A stretch of DNA of 32,000 nt, taken from positions 2,309,218 through 2,341,217 of the forward strand of contig NZ_CP073695.1 of NCBI RefSeq assembly GCF_018228765.1, written 5' to 3'. Below the pieces are notes generated by a model that did not search any database, had not been told where the DNA came from, and worked only from the letters and a program-made list of their open reading frames with translations. Origin of the DNA: Halorubrum ruber. GTDB taxonomy: Archaea; Halobacteriota; Halobacteria; Halobacteriales; Haloferacaceae. Positions 18,734-27,181 of this stretch are shown piece after piece (the first letter of the stretch is position 1; each line of letters opens with the position of its first letter). The position numbers and the translations under genes are program-made.

Positions 18734-20755
18734 ATGGCATCGTTTGAGACTACATCTTCTGACGAGGCCGGTAATGCTCGAACCGGAACTCTCCACACTC
18801 CTCACGGTGATGTGGAAACGCCAGCGTTCTTCCCAGTTGTCAATTTCATAGGCGGACCAGATGAGAAATCAGGGGGAATATGGAGCCGACTTCGGAATCA
18901 CCTATTCGGCGAACCGGATTTTCAGGGAGCGATGTTTCAAGCGATGAGCTTCCTCGATTTTAACATCTCTCCCGATTCTCTCGATAACTGGCGATCAAAG
19001 TCTCTTCATGAGCATTTCACTGGGCATGAGCCAGTTAAGCCATATCATGATCAGCCGGAAGACTTTACCAAGCCGTTGTTTGTTGACTCTGGCGGATTCA
19101 AACTGCTGAATTCCGATACGTTCGGAGATAGACCTGAGGAGGGTGGTTCAGATAACGACTGGTCGATATACACCAATCCTGAGAGCATCCTTGAATTACA
19201 ACTTGACTACGGCGCGGACATAATTGCCACACTAGATTACCCCATTCCACCGAATCTCAACGAGGAAGAGACGACTCAGCGAATGGAAGACAGTATTGAT
19301 AGTGCTATACGCTGTCTTGAGCTTCTTGAACAAAGAGATGAGTCACCAGCAGTCTATGTGGCCATTCATGGCCACGACTACGAAACGATCAACTGGTATG
19401 TTGGTACGTTTCTTGACCGGGCAGGAGACCTTGACAACGCGTTCGAAGGGTTTGCAGTAGGGTCGCTAGTTCCACTCCGCACCAACGTAGAAACACTCGT
19501 TGATATTGTACAGGGTGCGAAGGATGCAATTCCTGAAAATCGGGTAGACGACCTCGGACTGCACCTGTTCGGCATTAGTGGGAAGTTCACTGCACTTCTT
19601 GCTCTTCTGGGTGCAGACTCGTTCGATTCATCTAGCTACATCCGTGCTGCCCAATTCAAGAAATTCATCAACCGCGAAATCGGTGTTGACGACGGTACGA
19701 CCGTTCGGCACCCAGATTCGGATAGCCACGATCTTGGCGATTTTGGTGTCGACATAGAACGGACATCTGAAGCGCGCTGGGCAGCGGACTGGTCAAAGTT
19801 CTCTGCCGATCAGATCCCCGACGACTGGGATTGCCAGTGCTCAGCTTGCGAAGCACTCCGCGAGATTGGGTATGACCAGATGCAGTCCACCCTATTCGAC
19901 AGCAAATCGTATGACCAGAGCGGAGATCATATGAAGAGCGATTTCTACGCGCTAATGGGGTATCACAACTTCCACGTTTATCAAGACGAGATGGACTATG
20001 TCCGCAATCTTATCCAACAGGGAGATGGTGAACTCCTCGACTACGTCGCTAAGATGGCCCGTAATGATGTAGGCGGCATTAGACAGGCACTCAAACGGGC
20101 TACTGTCCGCGACAGAGATTTGGCTACAGAACTCCGAGAACGTGGTTACGACAGACTCGTCGCTGAACGGGCGGACGGAGAGCAGGAACGCCTCAATGTC
20201 GACCTTCCGGTTGAAAGCCACGAGATCTCTCTTGAGTACACGCCCGAGGACTTCAATGTCTTAGAGCGTGACGACTATTGTCCGGGTGACGAACGAGTAC
20301 TTCTGATCATACCCTGCAGTCAAACCAAGCCGTACTCAAATTCCCGCACTCACCGAGTAGTCGCTGACGCGACTACCGAATGGAAGGATGAAATACACAA
20401 AGTCACCGTTTCAGGGATGTACGGTCCTGTCCCTGAAGAATTTGAGAATATTTCACCGATCAAATCATACGAATACGTCCTAACTGATGCCGAAACAGAC
20501 CGTCAGAATCTCATCAAAAATCGACTCGTCGAATATTTAAATCGTTTTGGCGGTGACTTCGATGTAATTGTTGGCTACGCCACGAGTAAGACATATCGTG
20601 AAGTCATCAAGCGATCCTTGGAAGAGTATGGCGAAGGTGTAGTTTTGCCTCGTGAACCCGAAATGCGAGCGTTGACAGAACACTTCCGTACAACGAATCT
20701 TCAGCAATTGGCAGACTATCTTGAGGAAGAATTAGCACCCCAAACCCGGAATTAG
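18734..20755 (+). CDS. TGT/DpdA-like transglycosylase 2 fused to DUF5591-like C-terminal domain
   Basis: NARTGTLHTPHGDVETPAFFPVVNFIGG; LFVDSGGFKLLNS; FAVGSLVPL; LHLFGISGKFTALLALLGADSFDSSSY; CQCSAC...MGYHNFHVYQDEM; C-term ERVLLIIPCSQTKPYSNS...IKSYEYVLTDAETDRQ...FDVIVGYATSKTYREVIKRSL. Confidence 0.82.
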   Translation: MASFETTSSDEAGNARTGTLHTPHGDVETPAFFPVVNFIGGPDEKSGGIWSRLRNHLFGEPDFQGAMFQAMSFLDFNISPDSLDNWRSKSLHEHFTGHEPVKPYHDQPEDFTKPLFVDSGGFKLLNSDTFGDRPEEGGSDNDWSIYTNPESILELQLDYGADIIATLDYPIPPNLNEEETTQRMEDSIDSAIRCLELLEQRDESPAVYVAIHGHDYETINWYVGTFLDRAGDLDNAFEGFAVGSLVPLRTNVETLVDIVQGAKDAIPENRVDDLGLHLFGISGKFTALLALLGADSFDSSSYIRAAQFKKFINREIGVDDGTTVRHPDSDSHDLGDFGVDIERTSEARWAADWSKFSADQIPDDWDCQCSACEALREIGYDQMQSTLFDSKSYDQSGDHMKSDFYALMGYHNFHVYQDEMDYVRNLIQQGDGELLDYVAKMARNDVGGIRQALKRATVRDRDLATELRERGYDRLVAERADGEQERLNVDLPVESHEISLEYTPEDFNVLERDDYCPGDERVLLIIPCSQTKPYSNSRTHRVVADATTEWKDEIHKVTVSGMYGPVPEEFENISPIKSYEYVLTDAETDRQNLIKNRLVEYLNRFGGDFDVIVGYATSKTYREVIKRSLEEYGEGVVLPREPEMRALTEHFRTTNLQQLADYLEEELAPQTRN

Positions 20756-20804
20756 ATCAACTAAGCCCGCATCCGGGTGGTGTACGACCTTACTGACTCA
20801 GATC

Positions 20805-20900
20805 AGCGGATCTGAAATCCTGTTCTTCAGAGACATCTTCTTCTGATACAGTTGGTCGCTAAAGAGTATACACCAATCATTAGCTTAGGTATCTAATAGG
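20805..20900 (+). repeat. diverged left-end copy (C) of MITE-like family
   Basis: GATCTGAAATCCTGTTCTTCAGAGACATCTTCTTCTGATACAGTTGGTCGCTAAAGAGTATAC aligns with the left ends at about 21.69 and 26.81 kb. Confidence 0.5.
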
Positions 20901-21013
20901 CAGAACTCGACTATCAACTATAGAACTTGCAGCCCTTCTGGTGTCGGCAATAACGACTATTGTAGGTAGAGCCAACATTTATACTGGTGTAGGAACAACC
21001 AACATATGTCGTT

Positions 21014-21568
21014 ATGACACAAAATGCTATCAGCGAAGAGGAAAGCAGAGAAGAATTGTACGAGACAGTTGTTCATATACTCAGTGAGCAGTTTTCGTAC
21101 AACATGACGCCCGCTGAAGCAGTGGACTACCTCGCTGTGGAGAAAGCTGGTGTTGCGACCGGAAAATGGGCAGACGTCCGTGAAGTCGCTCACTCAACCG
21201 TAAGCGGAAACGTCAGCGGTGCCAGAGACAAAATCAATATGAACCGCCTTGATGCCGAAGTAACAAACGAGGACGATCAAATCGTGGTCAGGGTGGCCGA
21301 TCAGGATGACGAGAAGCATGAACTTCAGTTCCAAAAAGAGACATCCGTAATGGGGAGGGAGACCACTGCCACGCTAACACTCGTGTATGAAGCGATGAGG
21401 GCAGTGCATGGGCATTACATTGGTGACGATGGTACGGAGTTTGAGTCAACATTATGGTTCGATGGCCGGATGACAAGCTCATTCGAGGAGTTCGACTTCA
21501 GGGGTGAATGGGGTTCACCAGAAGCTAAGGCAGATTCGATTCTGTGGAGCCGAGACTCTGGCCAATAG
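21014..21568 (+). CDS. hypothetical haloarchaeal protein with putative N-terminal HTH
   Basis: 184 aa; MTPAEAVDYLAVEKAGVATGKWADVREVAHSTVSGNVSGARDKI resembles a sigma-70-like or WhiA-like HTH. Confidence 0.55.
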   Translation: MTQNAISEEESREELYETVVHILSEQFSYNMTPAEAVDYLAVEKAGVATGKWADVREVAHSTVSGNVSGARDKINMNRLDAEVTNEDDQIVVRVADQDDEKHELQFQKETSVMGRETTATLTLVYEAMRAVHGHYIGDDGTEFESTLWFDGRMTSSFEEFDFRGEWGSPEAKADSILWSRDSGQ

Positions 21569-21687
21569 CGATTAGTTCTGCTGTGCGTTGTCGTCACTGC
21601 TTTTTGATTCTATTTTCGAATTTTTCGCGTAGCACTGTACGGATGACCGAGGTGCTGTTGTCTTAATCTGTGGCAACAGTCTATTCG

Positions 21688-21994
21688 AATCTGTTGTATC
21701 TCCTTTTTCAGATATCTTCTTGTCTGAAACAGCTGGTTGCTGAAGAGTACGAACCATCCTATTGCTCGGAGCATAGAACTAATAACAATCCGTCATACCT
21801 GATCCTATGACAGGGTATGACGCTCTCAGTCTCCGACAAATCTTGATACTCTTGCTCGGCGTCAGCATGATTGTGAGTGGTGCGGCCGGCCTCGCCGGAG
21901 TCTTCTAACTGATTCACTGTACTGAGCGATTCTTGATTCCCCTGTATTGCCGTAACGAGACAAACGTAGTTCCTATTGAGGATTTCACAGAACC
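21688..21994 (+). repeat. MITE-like element copy A (about 307 bp) with degraded terminal inverted repeats
   Basis: Internal sequence and 33-aa ORF match copy B; left end near ATCTGTTGTATCTCC and right end GAGGATTTCACAGAAC are degraded inverted repeats. Confidence 0.6.
21807..21908 (+). CDS. 33-aa hydrophobic micro-ORF inside element A
   Basis: MTGYDALSLRQILILLLGVSMIVSGAAGLAGVF; conserved length and sequence with the copy at 26932-27033. Confidence 0.6.
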   Translation: MTGYDALSLRQILILLLGVSMIVSGAAGLAGVF

Positions 21995-22093
21995 TCATCA
22001 TCCTAGTCACCAATGTATGCGGACACTAGACCGTGAACAGGTGTACACGGGTGTCGTCTTTTATAAGAATAGATCACTAATCTGAGGATGTAG

Positions 22094-22861
22094 ATGACAT
22101 CCGATCAAATTGCTGCGTACGTACGAGCATCCACCGACAAGCAAGAGACATCCCACCAGCGGGACGATATCAACGAATGGGCCAAGCAAAACGGACATGC
22201 TCCGACCGAGATTGAGTGGTACGTCGACCTCGCGGAATCAGGTAGCGACCCCGGGCGCAAACAATTCAATTCACTCATCGACGACGTCGAAGCAGGCAAT
22301 TATGAGCGGGTGATCACGTGGGAGATCAGTCGATTATCGAGACTCGGGAGCACGTATCAGCGATTCTTTGAAGTGGCAGCTGACGCCGACACGATCGTGA
22401 ATGTCACGAACGGGTGGACAGACACTATCCTACCCGACGGCACCGGCAAGCTCATCGCAGATATAAGCGCGGCAGTTGCCGAGGAGGAACGCAGAAAGCT
22501 CATCAGTCGGATCAATTCAGGAGTAAAAAGAGCACGAAAAGAGGGCAAGTGGTTGGGCGAAGTTCCCACGGGATTTGACCGGAACGAACTGGGATACCTA
22601 CGACCACTAATCAACCCAGGAGAGGGCAAAGTGGGATACCTCGAAATGCGGGAAGCGCTCGTCGACATCGAGGAGGGAGAGTCATACAATTCTGCAGCTG
22701 CATCGATGGCGACGACCCGACAGACGTTGAGCCGAATCGATCAGGATGACGAGCGGCGATCATGGTACCTTGACGGACGAGCCGAGGACGATCGTGTCGC
22801 TGAAGCTCTCGAAACAGTGTCGAGTAGTAGCGATAACTTGAGGACTCCGACAGACTCCTAG
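22094..22861 (+). CDS. serine recombinase / resolvase
   Basis: IAAYVRASTDKQETSHQRDDI; VITWEISRLSRLGSTYQRFF; AAVAEEERRKLISRINSGVKRARKEGKWLGEVPTGF; C-terminal HTH. Confidence 0.93.
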   Translation: MTSDQIAAYVRASTDKQETSHQRDDINEWAKQNGHAPTEIEWYVDLAESGSDPGRKQFNSLIDDVEAGNYERVITWEISRLSRLGSTYQRFFEVAADADTIVNVTNGWTDTILPDGTGKLIADISAAVAEEERRKLISRINSGVKRARKEGKWLGEVPTGFDRNELGYLRPLINPGEGKVGYLEMREALVDIEEGESYNSAAASMATTRQTLSRIDQDDERRSWYLDGRAEDDRVAEALETVSSSSDNLRTPTDS

Positions 22862-23108
22862 GAAACGCTCTTTGGATCGATGGACAACCCCCGTAAATGA
22901 ATATGTGATGATGGTGACTCTACATATAACGTAGAATCTCAATCACTGGTATTACGCCATAATAAGGATGTTTCTCATGGTGTAGGGCCCAGCGGAGTCG
23001 TTTCCGACAGGATTGGTTCGTCCTCCGCGGCATGGCCGCGTAGACGTTTTTCCTGCCGATCTTATCTCCGCCACTGTCTTAGAAGTTTATTAGATGAATA
23101 AAATTTTT

Positions 23109-23190
23109 GGCTCTCTTGAAATCCTACTCTTTAGACACATCCTAGCCTAAAACAGTTGTTCGGTGAGAACTGCGAACTTGCCTCGTCGAG
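23109..23190 (+). repeat. left-end remnant (copy D) of MITE-like family
   Basis: GGCTCTCTTGAAATCCTACTCTTTAGACACATCCTAGCCTAAAACAGTTGTTCGGTGAGAACTGCGAAC aligns over about 75 nt with the left end of copy B. Confidence 0.5.
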
Positions 23191-23294
23191 TCCCACCAGT
23201 TACAGATAGTGTTTAAAACGACGTACAAGATGTAGGACGCGTATCTGGCACGAGGAAAAATAATTTATTGAATGAAAATCGGAGTTAGTACCAT

Positions 23295-23777
23295 ATGTCA
23301 AGACCTCTTCCCGCTGATTGGAGAAACCGACGTAGAGAAATTCTCCGCAGAGATGATTACATGTGTCGGAATTGCGAAAGACATGAGGATATGCGAAACG
23401 TCTCGCTCGAAGTCCATCATATTGTTCCACGTCGTCGAGGCGGAACCCATGAAAAGTACAACCTCGTTACGATGTGCAGTCACTGCCATGACCGAGTACA
23501 TAATGGTGATGTGGAAACACCAGACGATCCGTTAGGATATATTGACCGTATAAAACAAGAAGTGAGGAGCTTTCGGTGGCGACAAGCGAATATCACAGAT
23601 ATCGACGCACAGTCTATTGCCAGAACAGTTGCCGGGTCATTCCCGGACCCCACCTCGATTCAAACTCATACGTCATTAAGAGATACTCTCAGAAATCCTC
23701 CGCAACGAACATTCCCCAACTTTTTGCTCGATATTGGTTATCATGTGACAGAAAGAGAGGCCACTTGTGCTGAGTGA
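23295..23777 (+). CDS. HNH endonuclease
   Basis: RREILRRDDYMCRNCERHEDMRNVSLEVHHIVPRRRGGTHEKYNLVTMCSHCHDRVHNG. Confidence 0.93.
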   Translation: MSRPLPADWRNRRREILRRDDYMCRNCERHEDMRNVSLEVHHIVPRRRGGTHEKYNLVTMCSHCHDRVHNGDVETPDDPLGYIDRIKQEVRSFRWRQANITDIDAQSIARTVAGSFPDPTSIQTHTSLRDTLRNPPQRTFPNFLLDIGYHVTEREATCAE

Positions 23778-24133
23778 ATCCTCAGGATTTGATAGTTTCC
23801 TCCCTCAATTGCTCAGTACAGGGAGACTGACGAGTAATCTGCGGTGCGGTGGCGCGCGCCTCCGAGCGCCCATCGGGTGCGAGGAGCGCCGCGCGAAGGA
23901 GCCGATGGTCCGGAGTTACTCTCGTTCTATGACGAGGCGGACGAAGACACGATGAGCGGGGCAGAACGGGTTGAGCTGTACCGTGTGGCGTGAGTACCAA
24001 GACGAGGTCAAGTAGTGATTGGTACCACACATTCTTCGTGGCGATCAGTGTTGGTGACATATGGATTTGGAACGCCAGAAGTCAGCATCTACCAGTAGAT
24101 GCGCCAATGCCAAAATCGAACTCTGAAGCGAAG

Positions 24134-24619
24134 TTAATCGCCGAATAGGCCCGTCTGGTCGTACAAAAGACCAATCCCAGCTAACCCGACTATTAATATG
24201 ACGAGTGTGTTCATCCGACTGCCCGACAATATCTGAATGTTCAGTCGAAACAGCCCGAATGCCGCGATAATCAACACTACTCCCCAATAGCCCCAAAGAG
24301 AGTCTGTATTCCTGAATTTCTGTACAAATCCAAGGAACGTCACTATAGCGGTGACAAATACGATATTTATCAGATTGATGGCCCCACTTTCACCGGTTAG
24401 ACCACTGGTAATGTTGGTCCATAAATTGGATATGAACGTTTGGAGGATGAACGAGCCGTTCTGAATTACTGTCTCAGCGTATGACCAGAGTGCCTGTCCT
24501 ACAAACCATAGTAGTGCCGCGCTCGCTATTGCCCCACCTACCCAAATGAGAAGCCTCTCCCACCAATACTTAGTTCGCCATAGTCGGGAACGCGCCCAGT
24601 CACTGATTCCGTCTGCCAT
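24134..24619 (-). CDS. hypothetical multi-pass membrane protein
   Basis: 161 aa with about 3-4 hydrophobic segments (IWVGGAIASAALLWFVGQAL, IVFVTAIVTFLGFV, YWGVVLIIAAFGLF, LVILIVGLAGIGLLY). Confidence 0.65.
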   Translation of the reverse strand: MADGISDWARSRLWRTKYWWERLLIWVGGAIASAALLWFVGQALWSYAETVIQNGSFILQTFISNLWTNITSGLTGESGAINLINIVFVTAIVTFLGFVQKFRNTDSLWGYWGVVLIIAAFGLFRLNIQILSGSRMNTLVILIVGLAGIGLLYDQTGLFGD

Positions 24620-24813
24620 TATGAAAGGTTAGCACAGGACGCTACAAAAACAGAAGGTGTAGGAATAGATGGCTCTGTTGAAATCCTCCAACCCTGATAT
24701 AAACGGCGTGCTGAATACAAGGCGCGAACGTGTTACGAAACGAGGTTAGTTTGTGGAGTGAATAGTTGTTAACTACGACTGATGTGCATACCAGTTACTT
24801 ATAGGATAGTTCG

Positions 24814-25437
24814 TTGAACCGAAATGTCGTGTCAGTTGATTATTTATTATTCTATCCCAAAACAATTGCCATGCCAGAAGTGTTCAGTAGTTTAGAAATG
24901 TTGATTATGGCCGTAGTGATAGTATTCCCACTGAGTATTACTGGTATTTTTCATCTGGTTGGTTGTAGATTAGGTGCGTGGTTCTTCGGAGGCGTGACTA
25001 CGGTTCTTTTTGTCATGACGTTCGGATATACTATTAATGCTATTTGGTATTCGAGTACTGCCCGATCTGGGTCTCTCTTTGTGGGAAGTCCGTTGATTAT
25101 AGGCAAGACCGCTTACTTACTTGGTCTTGCTGTAGAAGCAATCATAATTCTCATTGCTGGCCTAACCAGCGACTGGGAAAGTCATATTAATTCAGGACGG
25201 CTTCGAGAATTTGTTTTGCGTATTCTTTTTCTGCTTGCTACGGGTGGGATTCTTCATTACCACCCGGATATTCTCATCTCTTTATTCGGTTTGGTAGGTT
25301 GGATACTCACCACATCCGACATACGATCTTTACTGATTCCTGTACTAACCGCCCTTCTTGCGGCTAATCTTGTGGAGATATCGTACAATCTGTATTGCCA
25401 ATACAGCCAAACATATCTCACCAATAATTCCGAGTAG
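24814..25437 (+). CDS. hypothetical multi-pass membrane protein
   Basis: 207 aa with about 6 hydrophobic segments, e.g. MLIMAVVIVFPLSITGIFHLVG, AYLLGLAVEAIIILIAGL, LIPVLTALLAANLVEI. Confidence 0.65.
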   Translation: MNRNVVSVDYLLFYPKTIAMPEVFSSLEMLIMAVVIVFPLSITGIFHLVGCRLGAWFFGGVTTVLFVMTFGYTINAIWYSSTARSGSLFVGSPLIIGKTAYLLGLAVEAIIILIAGLTSDWESHINSGRLREFVLRILFLLATGGILHYHPDILISLFGLVGWILTTSDIRSLLIPVLTALLAANLVEISYNLYCQYSQTYLTNNSE

Positions 25438-25748
25438 TTATTGCTGAGATAGTCAGTAATGATTATTTGAAATATTATTTGTAGGATCACCGTCTGACAC
25501 GCCGGCAACACCTATCGGTTGTTCGATGATTATTTTTAGAAAACAACGCCGTTTTGATGCTGACTACAACGTCTATATTCAGCACGACAACGGAAATATA
25601 TCACCGCTTGAGGAGTTCAACAAAGCCGGTGATCTGTATCTGCCAGAAATCCGGTGCGTTCAACCCGTAAAGCCGCCAAAGGCTTACCTTCGAGCCCGGA
25701 TAAAATTAATTTGGAAGGAACACTGTCACACGCTCCTTCCACCCTTCC

Positions 25749-25901
25749 ATGAACGCTGACGAGTCGTCCCTCGGTCACTGTCCAAACTGTGGTGAGGATA
25801 TCTCGGAAGCGTGGATTCTTGTTGAATACGAAAAGGACGACGGCACTGTGGGTGTGTGGACCGAGTGCCCGATGTGTGAGGATGTCGTAGCCCCGGAGTA
25901 G
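25749..25901 (+). CDS. 50-aa zinc-finger micro-protein
   Basis: MNADESSLGHCPNCGEDISEAWILVEYEKDDGTVGVWTECPMCEDVVAPE; two CPxC knuckles; not in the supplied ORF track. Confidence 0.75.
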   Translation: MNADESSLGHCPNCGEDISEAWILVEYEKDDGTVGVWTECPMCEDVVAPE

Positions 25902-25955
25902 CGCAGACAGCAGAATAAAGTGCTCTTCGTCGCGTATTCGCTGTAAGTTCTTCAA

Positions 25956-26369
25956 ATGGAGATTTCAAAGCAACTTCGGTGTCTGTTCTCGGGTAAAGTC
26001 GAAGAGCGTGATGGGTCATATGTGGTTGAGGTACCACAGCAAGAGATCACTCTTGGCGAGCTACAGGCAGACAAGACGTATCGTGTGGCAGTCCTGCCGT
26101 CACCCGAGACCAACGGGGCCAAGAATACGAACACCGATCAACAGCCCGAGCAAACGCCACAAACGCCCCCTGTCGAAGAGGGCGAACAACGTACAGTCGA
26201 GATCGAAGATATTGGTGACCAGGGCGACGGTATCACCCGTGTAGAGCGTGGGTTCGTCGTCATTGTTCCCGATACCAAACAAAGCGAGCGTGTTACTATC
26301 GAGATTACCGATGTCCGCGAGAATGTGGCCTTCGCGGAAGTTGTCGAGCGCATCAGTTATTACGAGTAG
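25956..26369 (+). CDS. TRAM-domain-containing protein
   Basis: C-terminal TVEIEDIGDQGDGITRVERGFVVIVPDTKQSERVTIEITDVRENVAFAEVVE is a TRAM pattern. Confidence 0.85.
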   Translation: MEISKQLRCLFSGKVEERDGSYVVEVPQQEITLGELQADKTYRVAVLPSPETNGAKNTNTDQQPEQTPQTPPVEEGEQRTVEIEDIGDQGDGITRVERGFVVIVPDTKQSERVTIEITDVRENVAFAEVVERISYYE

Positions 26370-26400
26370 TCTGAAGTGTTGATTCTCTGTACTGAGCTGG

Positions 26401-26703
26401 TCAGGAACTGTGATCGATGTACTCGGCTTCCCACTCAGCTCGCGCCTGAATCTCTCTACTACCCCGACGTGTGGTAGTGTACTCGTTGGTCCGTCTATCG
26501 CGTTGACTTTTTTCGACAAGTCCCTTCTCAACAAGCGTGTCGAGATTCGGGTAGAGACGACCATGGTGAATCTCCTTTTCATAGTAGTTCTCAAGTTCGT
26601 CCTTGATTGCGAGCCCGTGTGGATCATCAAGGCCGGCGATTACGTACAGCAAGTCGCGCTGAAAACCAGTAAGATCATACATATCTTCACTTTTGGTGTT
26701 CAT
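26401..26703 (-). CDS. PadR-family transcriptional regulator
   Basis: LTGFQRDLLYVIAGLDDPHGLAIKDELENYYEKEIHHGRLYPNLDTLVEKGLVEKSQRDRRTNEYTTTRRG. Confidence 0.9.
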   Translation of the reverse strand: MNTKSEDMYDLTGFQRDLLYVIAGLDDPHGLAIKDELENYYEKEIHHGRLYPNLDTLVEKGLVEKSQRDRRTNEYTTTRRGSREIQARAEWEAEYIDHSS

Positions 26704-26809
26704 GTTTTGAAATACTATTGATCTTCGAAATGACGCTCTGATATCATATTTGTTGAACTATTCACTCCGGAACAGCTATGTCATGGAATTCAGCAGAGTC
26801 ATCCTATTG

Positions 26810-27123
26810 GCTTTGTTGAAACGTTCTTCTTCAGAGATATTCTTGTCTGAAACGGCTGGTCGTTGAAAGGTACGAACTGTCCTAATTGCTCGGAGCATAG
26901 AACTAATATACAGCCCGTGGTACTCCGTTCTATGATAGGGTATGACGCCCTCGGCCCGCAGCAGATCATGATCCTCTTGCTTGGCGTCACGATGATTGTG
27001 ACTGGTGGAGCCGGTCTCCTCGGAGCCTTCTAACTGAGTTCACTGTATTGACCGATCCGTACTTCAGCTGTACTGAGCGAGTGAGGGAGCGAAACTATCA
27101 ACTGATGAGGGTTTCAACAAAGC
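26810..27123 (+). mobile_element. MITE-like element copy B, 314 bp with 13-bp perfect terminal inverted repeats
   Basis: GCTTTGTTGAAAC at 26810-26822 and GTTTCAACAAAGC at 27111-27123; internal part is homologous to copy A. Confidence 0.7.
26932..27033 (+). CDS. 33-aa hydrophobic micro-ORF inside element B
   Basis: MIGYDALGPQQIMILLLGVTMIVTGGAGLLGAF; paralogous to 21807-21908. Confidence 0.6.
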   Translation: MIGYDALGPQQIMILLLGVTMIVTGGAGLLGAF

Positions 27124-27181
27124 ATCTACGACTCTACTTTTGCTCGTGAGACCACTATCACAGCTTGATGAATATTACCCT

